A DNA stretch of 63,996 nt, filler included, from Basidioascus undulatus (GCA_000826855.1; 4 parts of 4 records of this genome joined end to end with filler, not necessarily neighbours in it); one strand, 5' to 3'; shown: positions 1 through 13,258, counted from the first letter of the whole stretch. Notes: generated by a model from the letters alone, not told the origin. Translations and numbers: made by a program.

Positions 1-3000
1 GAACCGCGGGCAACGGCTCGAGCGGCTCGGCCACAGCGTCGACCATCAACGTATCGAGCCTCTCTAACCCCTCCGAACACACCATCACTACCGCGACCTC
101 CGCCGGATCCCGATCCCAGTCCGAGCCCGCCCCCACCGAGCCGTGCGACGACGCAGCCACGGGCTCCGCCACCGGTACCGGCAGCGGCCAATCCGAGCAG
201 CTCTCGCCGCAGCAGCTCGCGCTCATCCACGGCTCCGCCACGTCCTCCGCCTCCTCCGAACACCCCGAAAACGCATTCCGATCCATCTCCCCCATCGCCC
301 ACGACGATGGTGCGTGGCGCGCCGCAATCGCCACGTTCGACCGCCGCAACTCGCAGCGGTCCGTGATCGGGAGCATCGCCCCGCGCGGCGTCCCCCCGCG
401 CGGAACGGTCCAGACGCCGGGCATTTTCGACCCGAACCTGCCGCTTCCCCCGTCCGAGAGCGAAAACGAGCTTGACTCGGACGAGCGCGCCGCGCGCGAC
501 GCGGCCGCGAGCAAAGCCACCGTCGACGACAGCGGCGACGACGAGCACTGGCGCTCCGTGCGCCGGTCGAGCGAGAGCTCCTTCGGCGACACGCTCGAGA
601 CGCCCGCGGTGGACCGGCTGATGAGCTTCGACGACCAGGGCCTCAAGGACGCGTCGTCGTCGTCGTCGTCGGACTCGGCGCTCGAGGGCGGCGACCTCGA
701 CTCCAAGGACAGCCAAGTCGCCTTGCGCCACGACATGACCGTCAGCTCGAGCACAAAGACACCCCCGCTGCCGATGACGACCCGCTTCGAGTACGTCCCC
801 ACCGCGGACGGGCACCAGGTCGTCACCGGCCACCACAGGAAGGTCCAGCGCTGCGAGGACGAGCCGATCCACATCCCCGGCGCCGTCCAGGGCTTCGGCG
901 TCCTCATGGCTGTGGAGGAGGACAAGGACGGGTGCTTCGTTGTCCGCCAGGTCTCGGAGGTGAGTGGAGCGCGACTTCCCTGCTGTACACGAGCAGTGGA
1001 TGCTGACAGCGGGTTATCCTCGTAGAACTCGACCGAGATCCTCGGCCTCTCGCCCAAGTTCCTCTTCGGCCTCGAGTGCCTCACGGACATCTTCGACCGC
1101 GACGAAGCGAACAAGCTGCGCGACAACGTCTACTACCTGTCCGAGCCCGGCGCACCAGAAGATGGCCACGTTTACGAAGAAGGTGCGCGTCAAACCGACG
1201 CGGTGCATCTTCCAAGTTGCTGATCGGCTGGATCCCGCAGGCCCGCAAATCTTCTCGCTGTCCGGTCGTGGCGAGCGAGGGTCCGGCATCGAGGACGACG
1301 TGTCGGACTCGGAAGGCTCGGAGGACGAGGAGACGGGTGAGCGCGATACGCGACCGCGGAAACACTGGACTTGTTCGTATTTCTTTACTGCTCCGAATTA
1401 CACTTCTCTGATGCTAAACTCTTCGTCGCAGGCTGGTGTGCCGCGCACCGTCCTCGAATCCTGCCGACCGCGGACGGCTCGCCGTCCCCTCACGCCGAGG
1501 TGTCCGGCACGTCCGCTAGCTACCCGAACGGGCTGACGATCCTTGAGTTCGAGCTCGAGCGGGACATGCGCAACCCGCTCTACCCTCCCGCGCCGCCGCG
1601 CACGAGCACCATGCCGGGGAGCGGCGCGTCGTCGGGGAGCGGCACGCCGGGTCTGACGACGGCGAGGCGCTCGACGCGCTCGGACGAGACGATGCGGCCC
1701 GAGAGCGACCACGACCCGACGCCGCAACCGGGCTATGCGCGCGACGTCCTCGCGCTGCAACAGCAGCAGGTGCTGCAGAGCCCGGTCCTAGCGGCGAGGG
1801 CGGGGGCGGCGGCGGGGGAGGAGGACCCGGACGAGATACACTGGGAGCCCGGCGCGCAGGAGATCATGGAGAGCACGACGAGCTACTCGCGCCCGCTGCG
1901 CGCGCTCGAGCGCCTGCGGAGGACGCGCCGAGTCGAGCAGGAGCCGCGCGTCGGTTTGCAAAGGGTCGACGAGATCGACCCCAAGGGAATAGGCGCAGAG
2001 GACGTCATCATCGACAAGAACCAGTCGCAGCGCCAGGTCGAGCGGAAACGCAAGGGAGCCAAGCGCAGGAACCGGAGAGGCGGCGGAGGGCAGGGCGTCG
2101 GCACGCTGGACATCTTTGCGGGTGCGTCTTGTCTGAATGCTCGTTGGAGTTTGAGAGGCGCATGCTGATGGTTGGACTCATGGGTCTGCAGTCCTCTCGC
2201 AAGTGAACGACCAGCTCGGGAGCGCCGACAGCATCGAAGAGTTCCTCAAGATTGCCGTCGGCGTGATCAAAGACCTGACGCAGTTCCACCGCGTGCTCAT
2301 CTACCAGGTGCGTTCACCGCTTCTGCATACCGCATTTGACATGCGCATTGCGGAAATCCTGAGCGACTCGCGCAGTTCGACGAGGCGTGGAACGGGCAGG
2401 TCGTAAGCGAGCTCGTCGACTGGAGCCAGACGCACGACCTCTACAAGGGCCTGCACTTCCCCGCGGGCGACATCCCCGCCCAGGCGCGCGAGCTCTACAA
2501 GATCAACAAGGTCCGCTTGCTCTACGACCGCGACCTTTCCACCGCGCGCATGGTCTGCCGCAGCGTGGACGACTTGCAACACCCTCTTGTGAGTTGCGCG
2601 CCGACTGCGATACAGTGTTAATATGATGTTAATATGCACGGGGACTCACGATTATTGTGCGGCGCGCAGGACATGACCCACTCGTACCTCCGCGCAATGA
2701 GTCCGATCCACTTGAAATACCTTGCGAACATGTCGGTTCGCGCGTCCATGTCTATCGTACGTTTGGCGCGAGCAAAGACACAGGGGAAGGGAGCTAAGTT
2801 CTGCGCTCTGCAGAGTATCATGGCCTTCGGCAATCTGTGGGGTCTCGTCGCGTGCCATTCGTACGGCGGCAGCATGCGTGTCTCGTAGGTCACCAGAAGC
2901 CGACGTTGTATGAGGAATAGCAATGAGCTCACGAGCATCCCCCTCTAGCTTCCCCGTCCGCCAGATGCTCCGTCTCCTCTCGGACTCACTCTCGCGCAAC

Positions 3001-6000
3001 ATCGAGCGCCTGTCGTACGCCCGGCGCCTCCAGTCGCGCAAGCTCATCTCCACCCTCCCGACCGATGCGCACCCGGGCGGGTACATCGTCTCCAACGCCG
3101 AGGACCTGCTCAGCCTGTTCGACGCGGACTTCGGCGTGCTCGCGATCGGCGACGCGTCCAAGATCCTCGGTCCCATGGACTCGGGCCAGGAGATCATGGC
3201 CATCGCGGAGTTCTTGCGGCTGAAGCAGATCCCGTCCGTTGACCATTCGTCTTAGTTGAAGGAGCCTCAACTAAGTCCACGGGCGTGCGACAGGAACATG
3301 CAATTCACCCAGTCTATCGCCGATGACTTCCCCGAAATGAAGATACCCGGCGGACTTGATATCATAGCAGGCTTGCTGTTCGTGCCGCTGTCGGCTGGTG
3401 AGTCGTCCTTGTTACTCGAGCGCCCTCGTTGCGAAGAAATTGATTGTGGGGGGTGCGGCGCGCACAGGCGGACGCGACTTCATCTGCTTCCTCCGGAGGG
3501 GGCAGCTTCGGCAGGTCAACTGGGCGGGTCGGCCGACGAAGAACGAGGTCTCGCTCGAGCCGCGCTCCTCGTTCAAGAGCTGGTCCGAGATGATCCGGGG
3601 AAAGTGCAGACAGTGGACGGACGAGCAGCTTGAGACGGGTGCGTGCCTGACGCGGTGAACCGAAGAAGAGGGTGCGGAGGGCTGATATCGTCGATGCTTT
3701 GGTGCAGCCGGCGTCCTGGCGCTCGTGTACGGCAAGTTCATCGAGGTCTGGCGCCAGAAGGAGACGGCCATGCGGACGAACCAACTCACCAACATCCTCC
3801 TGTCCAACGCGAGCCACGAGGGTACGCCGTCCTTTCCTTGGGTCACGATGCGAGCCATGCGGGCGCTGACATATTTCGCAGTCCGAACACCCCTCAACCA
3901 CATCATCAACTACCTCGAGCTCGCGCTCGACGGCCACCTCGACCCCGACACGCGGGAGAATCTCTTGCGCAGCCGCGATGCATCGAAGGTGCGTTCGCCT
4001 CGTCGAACCTCGTCTTTGCTGCTACCCCTTGCTTACGCGACGGCGCCGTCCGCAGACCTTGCTTTTCACCATCAACGACCTGCTCGTGCGTTCCTGGCGC
4101 GCTTCCTGCTGGTCGATTGATGGCTCATGCTCCGTTCGCTTTCGCAGGACCTCACCAAGCTCGAGTCCGGCCAAGACTTCATGTTCCAGGAGCCACTCGA
4201 CCTGCCCGCTACCATCCGGGACGCCGTCGAGAGCTACAAGTCGGAGGCATGGCGGAGAGGCATTACGCTCACTGTCGACACCGAGTCATCACCGGCCCAC
4301 GTCGTCTCTGATCACCGCAAGGTTCGTGATGTTACGCTGTTTCTTTACGTTTCACGACGCTGAACTCTTCTCCCCTGACAGATCCGAACCGTCGTGAGCA
4401 ACTTGACTAGCAACGCTAGTGCGTATCTAGAAACGCCTTTTCCCCTTCACTGGATAGCATATTTAACCACCGGCGGCCTACAGTCAAGTACACCAAGGAG
4501 GGCTCGGTTACCGTCGAGTGCAAGCTGGCGCCAGAAAACGATGCAGTTCAGGAGCGGCAGGTCACGGTCGAGATCGTCGTGGAGGACACCGGTATCGGCA
4601 TCGAACGTGCGTCTATGATGCGCTCCAGAGCCTAACCAATGATTATGTCCAAACTGACGCTTTTCGGTTCAACAGCGAGCAAGCTCGAGACCATCTTCCG
4701 CGAGTTCGAGCAGGTCGAGTCCACAACACCGCACGCAGCTGGTCTTGGTGCGTTTAGACAGGCAGACGCCCTTTTCGTAAGTGAATGACAGGGTCTGACA
4801 ACTGGCAACAGGTCTCGGTCTCGCCACAGTCGCCCGCATCGTGGAGCATCTGGGCGGGCAGCTTCGATGCCAGAGCAAGCCGGGCAAGGGCTCGCGTTTC
4901 TCCTTCCTCATCCCCTTCAACATTCCTCGTACCTCGGTCCGTCTTGCTGCCACCTACCCGGCGGACTAGTCCTTACACGCCTCTCAACAGTCTCGCGGAT
5001 CAAAGTCGGTCGGATCAAAGTCGGTCGGCTCCGGTTCGACCGGATCGCTCAAACAACCGCGTTGCCGCGCGAACTCGAACGGTTCCAGCGGCTCGATCAC
5101 GTCGGCAGCTGTCAGCTTGCGTTCGAGTTCCGGCAAGTCGGAGATCGACTCGGTCATCGACGCCCTCAGCTCCTCCCACATCTCCCAACCGACGCGTCGC
5201 AGCTCCGCGATCGCCTCGTCAGGACAGTCCGGACAGCGAAGTCCTGGGCAGTACCCGGTTCGCGACTCGAGCGTGCCGTTGCGGTCAGCCAAGGTCGACA
5301 CGGACGAAATAGACGCAGAGATGGCTCGGCAGGCGCAGGAGCGTCGCAAGAGCAGCGCCGATAGTATCAAGAGCGGCGTCCGGGCCTCGATTCCGGCGGG
5401 GAGCGGCGGTGGCCTGCAACGAAAGAGAAGCACTCCCACAGCAAAGGTTTCTCCTCCCCTACCTGAGTCCGGCCCGCCCCTTCGGGTTCTTTACGTCGAC
5501 GACGAGTAAGGCATTCCTTCTTTTGCGCAACGGCGCCACAGGGGCTGAACGTCCTTGGTTACGCGACAGCCCTATCAACCGCTCGATCTTGAAGAAGCGG
5601 CTAGGCCGCGACGGCGTGACTGTTGAGCTGGCAAATAACGGCGACGAGGGAGCGCAGAAGGTCGACGAAGACGAGACCGGCTTCGATTGCATCTTCATGG
5701 ACATCCAGGTATGGCTTCTTGGGACGCTGTGCGGTCTGAGCCGTACTGACAAGACCTTCTGCAGATGCCTGTCAGCGGCTGGGAGAGCACCAAGCTCATC
5801 CGCGAGCGAGAAGAGACGAAAGATCTGCCCTCGCTGCCGCGTCGTCCGACGCACGAGCAACTGGGGCGGCTACCCGTCTTCGCGGTCTCTGCTTCCCTCA
5901 GTGCGTTTCCCTTGTGATTGTGGCCCTTCTTACTATCCGTTCTGACTTTGCGCCATCACGTCGTTTTTAGCCGCCGCCGACTACGACCACATGCGTGAAG

Positions 6001-6143
6001 TCGGCATGGACGGCTTCTTCTTGAAGCCCATCCAATTCAACGTCGTCAACGACCTGCTCAAGGCGCTCACGGACAAGGAGACGCGCGACAAGTACCGTTA
6101 CCTTCCCGGCCACGACTTTGAGCGCGGCGGCATTTTCGTTTAG
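1..6143 (+). CDS. fphA: Fungal phytochrome (PAS-GAF-PHY-histidine kinase-receiver), multi-exon, 5' truncated at window edge
   Basis: Frame 3 is open from position 3. Bilin-binding Cys motif RCEDEPIHIPGAVQGFG (~849-900); GAF HFPAGDIPAQARELY and PIHLKYLANM; tongue LEPRSSF; H-box SNASHEVRTPLNHIINYLE; G-boxes EDTGIGI and GLGLGLA; receiver VLYVDD...FMDIQMP; stop TAG 6141-6143; many GT-AG introns. Confidence 0.95.
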
Positions 6144-7138
6144 ACGCCGACCTCCGTTCGCCCCCTTTCTCAACCACCTCCCCATGGCCTCGCTGCCTCC
6201 CTCCTTCGCTGCATTCGACCCCGCATATTCTCTCCACTTGCCTGCTCATTACGCATCTGCCTCCCGCCTACATTGTTGCCGTACACAGTCTTCCTCTCTT
6301 CATTATCACATTTATTCAGCTTCTGCAGCATTATACCACACGGTCTCTTACAGATCGGCGTCACCGGGCCCATACATCACCGCCTCTTTTTCGCTCGATC
6401 CTCACTCCGTTCCTGTGTGTTTGTTTCTATTCCGTCTCTCGCTCCTCATATGTAGCCGTATCTCCTGGGCCTTGTAGTTTCCCCGTATCACGCAGCGACA
6501 CTACACGCATCTGCTCTCGCAAGGGATTTTTTTTTTGGTTGTTGTCTGCCATGCCTGCCTTCTGCTGAGCGAGGTGAGTTTGCGAGACGGGCTCCAGGGA
6601 AGCACTTGTGACAGCTCGGTGCTGCATGGCGACACGAAAGCCATCCCAGTCGAACTGCTGCGATCACTGAGAGATTTTAATGCCGTAATTCCTTGGCAAC
6701 CATGCATCGCTTATAGCTCTTCATAACCGGCACAAAAATAATGCCAAACCGGACAGTAATGACATTGCTCCTCAGAGCTGGAAGGGTAAGGTTTCCGGCC
6801 GAACACCTGACTGCTTTCCTGACCTCAGCCTTGCGTATTACGAAGGCCGGCGTCGGTGAAGGCAAAGGGCGGATCTTTTCAGAGAAAGGGTAAAAGGTGC
6901 ACTGTGGTTGATCGACCAGTCTCACCGTGCTTCGAAGCTACACCCGTATAGATCCCCCGACCTCTCGATCCAGACAACCCAGGTGAGCGTCTCTCACTTT
7001 GCCGAAGTCAGATACCTCGTCTTGATATCACCGTATTCGCCTAGCAGTAAGTGTCGTCTTTCTGCTCCTTTTCCAAGCTCCGCTTGCAGATCCGATCTGA
7101 AGTATCATCTTTGCTTGCACTTTGCACACAGACACACC

Positions 7139-8563
7139 ATGGCTGCTTCTTTCTCTGTCCGCCGTCTTGGACTCCAGCTTACGTCGAGCGCGTGGTCGCA
7201 CTCGCCGTTATTGTTGCGCACGGCAGTACCAGCATTCACAGCAGCCATGTCGAGCGCAACTTCGAGCGATTCAGGTTTGGACACCTACTCCGAGATCCTC
7301 ATCGACCACAACAACGTCAAGGTACGTCCTGAACCATTTTTTCTTTTGGACGTTAGGGTCCTTGTCGGTTTGACTGAATGGCATTTTTGGGCGCTGCGTG
7401 GGCTGGTAGGACCTCTTTGCGCGTTACAAACACGAGGCGAACCCCAAGGTATGTCTAAGTTGCTGTGTAAATGGATGCGCCTTACCTAGGAGGTGGAGTG
7501 TGCAGACCAAGGAGGCAATTGTGAACACGATCATCCGCGAAATTGCGGTGCATGGCGAGGCGGAGGAAGTGTCTGTGTATAACGAGCTCGAAGCTAAAGG
7601 AAGTACGTTTGAGAGGTTACCCTTCATAGTGCTTCCATCGCAAATGAGGCTGATGGACAGGGGATGTCTGACGCCGCATGAGTAGAGCAGGGCGAGTCAC
7701 AGCACTTCCGTCACGAACATCAGGAACTCGAGGAGGCGCTGTATGAGGTTGACAAGTCAAAGTAAGAGGCAATGCTCTGTACGATCCTGCACCCAGCTGA
7801 AAGATAATCATAAGCTTTGGCGCCCCCGACTTTGACCAAAGTCCGTCCTGGCTCAGTCATATGCGTGTCAGCACTCGCCGCTGATACCTCCTCCCGCGCA
7901 GAGTTAACCAAGGCGATCTCGATCTTCGTCAACCACGGTACGGCTGTATGAAGTTAATTTTTGTTTGATTTTGCAGATCTCTGATGATCGATTCTATGGT
8001 TCTATGCCTAGGTACCGAGGAAGAGAAGGACGTTTTCCCCGACTTTGTCAAGAAGCTCACGACCGAGGAGAACCACAAGCTCGCGGAGAAGTTCATTGAG
8101 GTCCGTTTTGTTTTATCCACCCGAGATTCACCGGACGCTGACAGGGTGGGTCGCCACAAACCTGTTGTGAAAATTAAACAGATGCGCAAGCTCGTTCCGA
8201 CGCACCCGCATCCTTCGGCCCCGCAGCACGGCAAGGCCATACACAAGCTCACTGGCGCGGCGACGCGGCCGCTTGACAAGGTAGGCTTCTATGCGCACTT
8301 CGCTTTCGGAATTCCATGCTGTTGATGAACATGGCTGACCCACCCGCAGATCTTCGATCTTGCGAGGGACTATGTCGACTTGAAGTACCAGCACCCCGCC
8401 AAGCCCGGTGACCGTGCGTTTTCGTTTTCTTCTCTTCCTCGACTTCATTTATCAGTCCCTCCCCTCCGAGAATGTCTTCTTCGGCTTCCGCTTACATGGG
8501 ACGCTGGCTGGAGCAGCTGGCACGCAGCCGCAAGACATCGACCCGGCTCTTCTGCGCGCTTGA
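7139..8563 (+). CDS. Hemerythrin / HHE cation-binding domain protein (about 10 exons)
   Basis: Spliced product has ILIDHNNVK, IAVHGEAEE, HEHQELE, VNHGTEEE and PTHPHPSAP, the pattern of fungal HHE proteins. The last exon (8517-8563) is inferred and less certain. Confidence 0.85.
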
Positions 8564-8934
8564 ACATCGCGCAAGTTCGCAGCGGCGAGATGAAGGAGCG
8601 AGGTGGGACGGCGAATATAAAAGGGCGCTATGTTGACTTGAAAATGGGGAGTGGGAAATATGTATTCGATAATTACGAACAATTCTAAGATCGCTGGAGT
8701 TGAAGACGTAGCTCTCGTTTGTCAGACCGCTTTGGGGATATTAGTGGGGCAACCAGCACTCCCTGCATAACGCGTGTAATTTTCAAGTAGAAAATCTCTC
8801 GAGCGCTTCATATGAGTGACCCACCCTCAATACGCTGATAGACCGTAATAGGGAACATGGCCTACTCAGTCCCAATACAAGAAAGAACCCCAAGAAACCA
8901 CCAACAACAGGAGCCCAGCTCTCCACCAACAGGC

Positions 8935-9992
8935 TCAGTCCCGCTGTCCCCTCCCGAAGGTGTCATTGCCCCCCTCGGGGGATGGAGACAGAAAATGTCT
9001 GCTCACAATCAGAACAGCCTCCCGTCCTTCCTCCCAGGCCTTCTCGACGGCTTCAGCGCAAGCTTCCTCGACTTCCGCAGCCTCCTCCGCCGGAAAGTGC
9101 CAGAGGTGCAACCGAAACAGAGCGAAGCAGCGTGGCCAGAACCCATGATCTCGAGGATGTCTTCACAGTATTTCACAGTCGACACGGGAAGCTCGAGCAT
9201 GTCGAGTTCGTGCGAAGCAAGGATGCGTAGGTTCCTTAGCTCGCCCTGGTTCCAGCACAACCCCATGTCGGAAGGTCATAAAGCCAGCTCATGTCCAGCG
9301 GAGGCGTCATGCTGTCTGGTGAGAAGAGGCGATGGTGAGGGTTGCTTTCAAGTCTGAGGACAAGTTACCGAAGCTCGGTCCATTTGCCCGTTGAGAGAGA
9401 GCTGTGCAGATCATGTCAATCTCGTGCGGCAGACCCCAGCGACTGCCAGAGATATCAAAGGCGCCTAGGGGTTGAAGCCAGACAAAATCGAGGCGCTTTA
9501 TTTGACGTGGTGCACGACCCGATGAAACCGGCGTATACATCAGCGTCGGTAGGGTCATCTTCAGAAAGGTGCTGATAGTAACATAAGGAAACCTCCTCCC
9601 GGGAGACAGTCATCGAGCACAGTTCATCCTCTGAAAGTGGATCAAGACCCGCAAAGCCTCCACGATCGATATGGAGCGTGTCCACAGAGACCAGTAGCTC
9701 CGCGGTTGGTGAGAAATCGGGAGCGTCATCGGGTTTGTCAAGCGAACGTAGAGCCGCTTCACCCAAAGCGTGCCGATGTTAGTGTCCTTCTCGACAGTCT
9801 CCAAGAAAGCGCTCGAGGCCGGCTCGGAGAGCAGGACCACCGACTTGTACGCGATCGCTTGCCGGCCCTGAACCACGATCAACAGACGAGGAGCGGGTCG
9901 AGCGATGCAGCTTTCCCGTAGCCCGGCTCAGTGCAAGGGCGATGCGCCTCTTCGATGATGAGCACGAGAACGTCCTTCGAGATGGTGTTCAT
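8935..9992 (-). pseudogene. Decayed F-box-like protein, apparently intronless
   Basis: MNTISKDVLVLIIEEA...LLVC*SWFRAG then a frameshift into QAIAYKSVVLLSEPASSAFLETVEKDTNIGTLWVKRLYV resembles basidiomycete F-box-like N-termini. In-frame TGA at 9879-9881 and several frame breaks. Confidence 0.55.
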
Positions 9993-12221
9993 TTCGAGCA
10001 GGTCTCGGATGAGGGAGTGGTGGGTGCGAAGGATGTTTTGAATTAGTAAGGAGGCATCATGGTGGTGAGCGAAGAAGAGCAGAGCCAACGCTGGAGCCAC
10101 GCAAGATATTGCGAAAACACGTGGCGGGCACGTCTATAGCCACGGATGTCCATAGGACTCCACTGCATAGGACTGCACTACGTAGAAAATTCAGTATTTT
10201 TTGGAGTGCGGACCTGCCAACCCTGTTTAAAGCATTGTTGCACCCGAAACGGCAGCATTGCGAAACGTCGAGGAAAATGTTGAAAGCGAATCCCACCCCT
10301 CGCAGGGCGATATGAGGAGAGGGTGAAACTTAAACGATTACAATATTTCTTACAAAGATTATTCAGCTTGAAGCACGAGCGGAACAGCGACGAAGATTTC
10401 GGGAGGCAGAACCAGGTAGGCGCGCATGGGCGTGTGAACGTGCGATGCCGACCATACCCCTCGCTAAGGCTCTCGGTCGCCTTCGCATTGAATTGAACCG
10501 CGCAGCTAGCAGCACTGATTGAGGTACGACCGAGTCGCTGAGAATTACTTGCAATAGTTCCGATCAGCAGCTCGGATGACCCGACATGCTCGAATCCGGC
10601 GGAAGAGTGGCGAGTGTATTGCGAAGGTGAAAAGTGCACGACGCAGAAGCAGAAATGAGACATCCGGAAGTGGTTGCTGTATCCTGCGCGGACGGAGGAG
10701 CAGGAGAGGTCGATCGAAACGGTGCTGGTTGATTGTGCGAAGATGGGAAGACGGTAAGAGCGGAGTGAGCGAGCAAGGTGTTGGAGCAAGGTGTAGGAGT
10801 ACGAGCTCCGTTTGTGCCGTTATCCTATGCCAAGAAAAGGGCTGCAGGGCTCGTTCGAAAGCCGATATGGCAGGTGAGCTTCCTAAACTATCGCTCTACC
10901 GTGAGTCGCATCGCCTCGCGAAGCCAGAGCGTCTGCTCATCGACGCTTCCCCGATATCGTCGCTAGCATTATAGGTCCGATCCAGCCGCAGCGCATCCGC
11001 ATCACAACGCCACGCGGCCATACCGCCTGTGCAGGCCCAACTGTTCCGCCCCGCCCGTGACATATCAGCTCCACGTACTCCCCCCTCCCCACTCCAGCAT
11101 CGTCCCTTTGACCAGGCTCACCTGCGTTCCGCAGAAGAGAATGAAAGCAGCGTACACGGCGGCGGCAATGTACGCTGTTCTTGCCCAAGCTGTGAGTACA
11201 CTGAAGAAGCAAGGGCTGAAGGGTGTACGCACCTGTCCGTGCAACCGCGTCCCGGTCCTCAACCTCCAGATCCATCCCGTGCACCTGATAACCAGGCGGC
11301 GCCTCTGCTCAGCGCCCTTCTCATCTAAGGAATCATTATGAGAAACTGACCCCGTTCTGGATGCATGCGCCGATCACAAGCAGAATCACGACGCCGAAGA
11401 CAGAGATGACTTGTGTCCGGAGGTGCGGTCGACTCAGCGGCTGCTCAGGGCGCATCGGGTGTAGGGACGAGCGGACCTGTGCAGAAGCCTGCGAGGGGCA
11501 CGCTTACGACTGGTCGGACGGGCATTGTGGTTTGGATTGTGTGGTCGTGCTGAGGACGATGAGGGCAAGATGAGGGAGGCACAAGCGAGCGCACGCTCCT
11601 GTGTGCTCCGGGCCGAAGTGACAGATGTGCAGCTGTCTGCGTCATCTGTCACTGTAGCACTGTATCTCACCCTCTCTTTCAACTTTTTATCTGGCTCGGG
11701 AGTCTTTAATCATAAAGGGCATTTATACAGAAGGCAAAGGCTTCCTATATGCTGTAGTGCCCGGAATTCGAACTTGCATTACACTCGGAGGTGCGAGTGG
11801 GCAGTGTGGGCATCTCACCCGTCGCCGTCACTTCCATTAGAGATTCATTCCTACCTCCCCAATAAAGTGTCAGGCCCAAAAATCTTACATATAATGTCAT
11901 AATGCCGGGCCATAGCTCTAAGACACTTCCAGCAGCAAACCTGCGACAGCATTCCAGTCCTCACATTGCCGACTTCAACAGCAAGTGGCTGTTGTCTCAA
12001 TCTTGCACCACGGAGAAAAGTCTTTCAGTAATAGAAAAAAGAGCGGACATGGGTGCAGGTTTATTCCACCGGTAAGGCTGCGCACAGCGCATGCATTGCA
12101 AAAGGAACAAAAGAGCGGACAGGTCCTCGACCTGGGTTTGGAGAGTGGGCCAAGAACTAAGTGTGCTGGAGTTGGAGAGAGATGGACCCTCTTCTTGCAA
12201 GCTGTTGGAACTCCTGAGCGA

Positions 12222-13258
12222 TCAGGAGTCGAACCACCAGGAGACGCCTTCACTCGCCGTGATGCGGCCGATGGTCGCCCAGCTGCTGCCGGCGAGGCTT
12301 TGGAAACCCGTAGGCTGCCCAGTCCCAATCCGGTGTCAGGAGAAATGATACGGCATGTTATATCATCAGTGCAGCTTACAGTAAAGTCGAGATCATCTGA
12401 GCATTCATGCCAGCCAGGTCAGTACGCGGGTCGCTTCGGGATGAAGAGGTGGGAGAGCGAAGGAGCGTACAGTAGTCGCACCCCTGAGCGTATCAATGCC
12501 CTCGGTAAGCCTTATGGAGAAATTGATGTGGTTATTTCATGGCGGACATAGCGTGCACTTGTCCTGGACGGTCACACTCACAGAGCTGCCACCGTAGGTC
12601 GCCGTGATGGACTTGCCGCACGCATCATTGCCCAGGGATTCGTAGAGGTCCGTGGAGATCGCAACATACCCGGAGATAAACAAAAATTATTAGTACAGGC
12701 TCAAAGGAAAGGCTCTTTTGAACGGGAGAATGAGCGTGGACACTGGGCAACGCACAAGTCACTGTCGTTGATGGCGTTGCCGCAGCTGCCGAGGTTGCCG
12801 CTGCCGTTGTACTATAAACGGTACAATTCTCAGCGTAGCACTAGGAAGACGTATAATATGGACCCACGTAGGTCAGGTCACCAGAGTTCCTTTCGAATTG
12901 AGCAATATGTCAGCCGCGGTTGACAGACGGCTTGCCCCCACACGCACATAGAGAAGGGACGTACGAAGAAGACGACGAGCCGGTCATAGAGGAGGACGCA
13001 GCAGACGTGGTCGAGGTTTCAGTGCCACTGGGGGTCCCTGAGCCCTGAGCAAAGTTCTGAATAGCATTTGCCGAAGAAGCGGGGCGGGGGCCTTGATGGC
13101 CCTGCTGGGGAATGGGCGCGGCCCTGGAGAGCAAATGTTACATTAGTTGTTGTCCTCACCACCCCTTTTCGGACCGGGAAGTGAAGCTCTGGGAAATTTA
13201 GTTACAGCGCGAAAGAGACGATAGTGAAGAGAAGAGAGAGGAGGGTGAAAGTGCGCAT
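12222..13258 (-). CDS. Secreted expansin-like / loosenin-like RlpA double-psi beta-barrel protein
   Basis: Signal peptide MRTFTLLSLLFTIVSFA, Ser/Thr-rich linker, then exons YNGSGNLGSCGNAINDSD, AISTDLYESLGNDACGKSITATYGGSSVSVTVQDKC, GCDY/DLDFT and PTGFQSLAG...VSWWFDS* (stop 12222-12224). Confidence 0.85.

Noticed and set aside
4996..5030. 15-bp tandem duplication CGGATCAAAGTCGGT
   Set aside because: In-frame GSKSV repeat in a disordered phytochrome linker; not an array.
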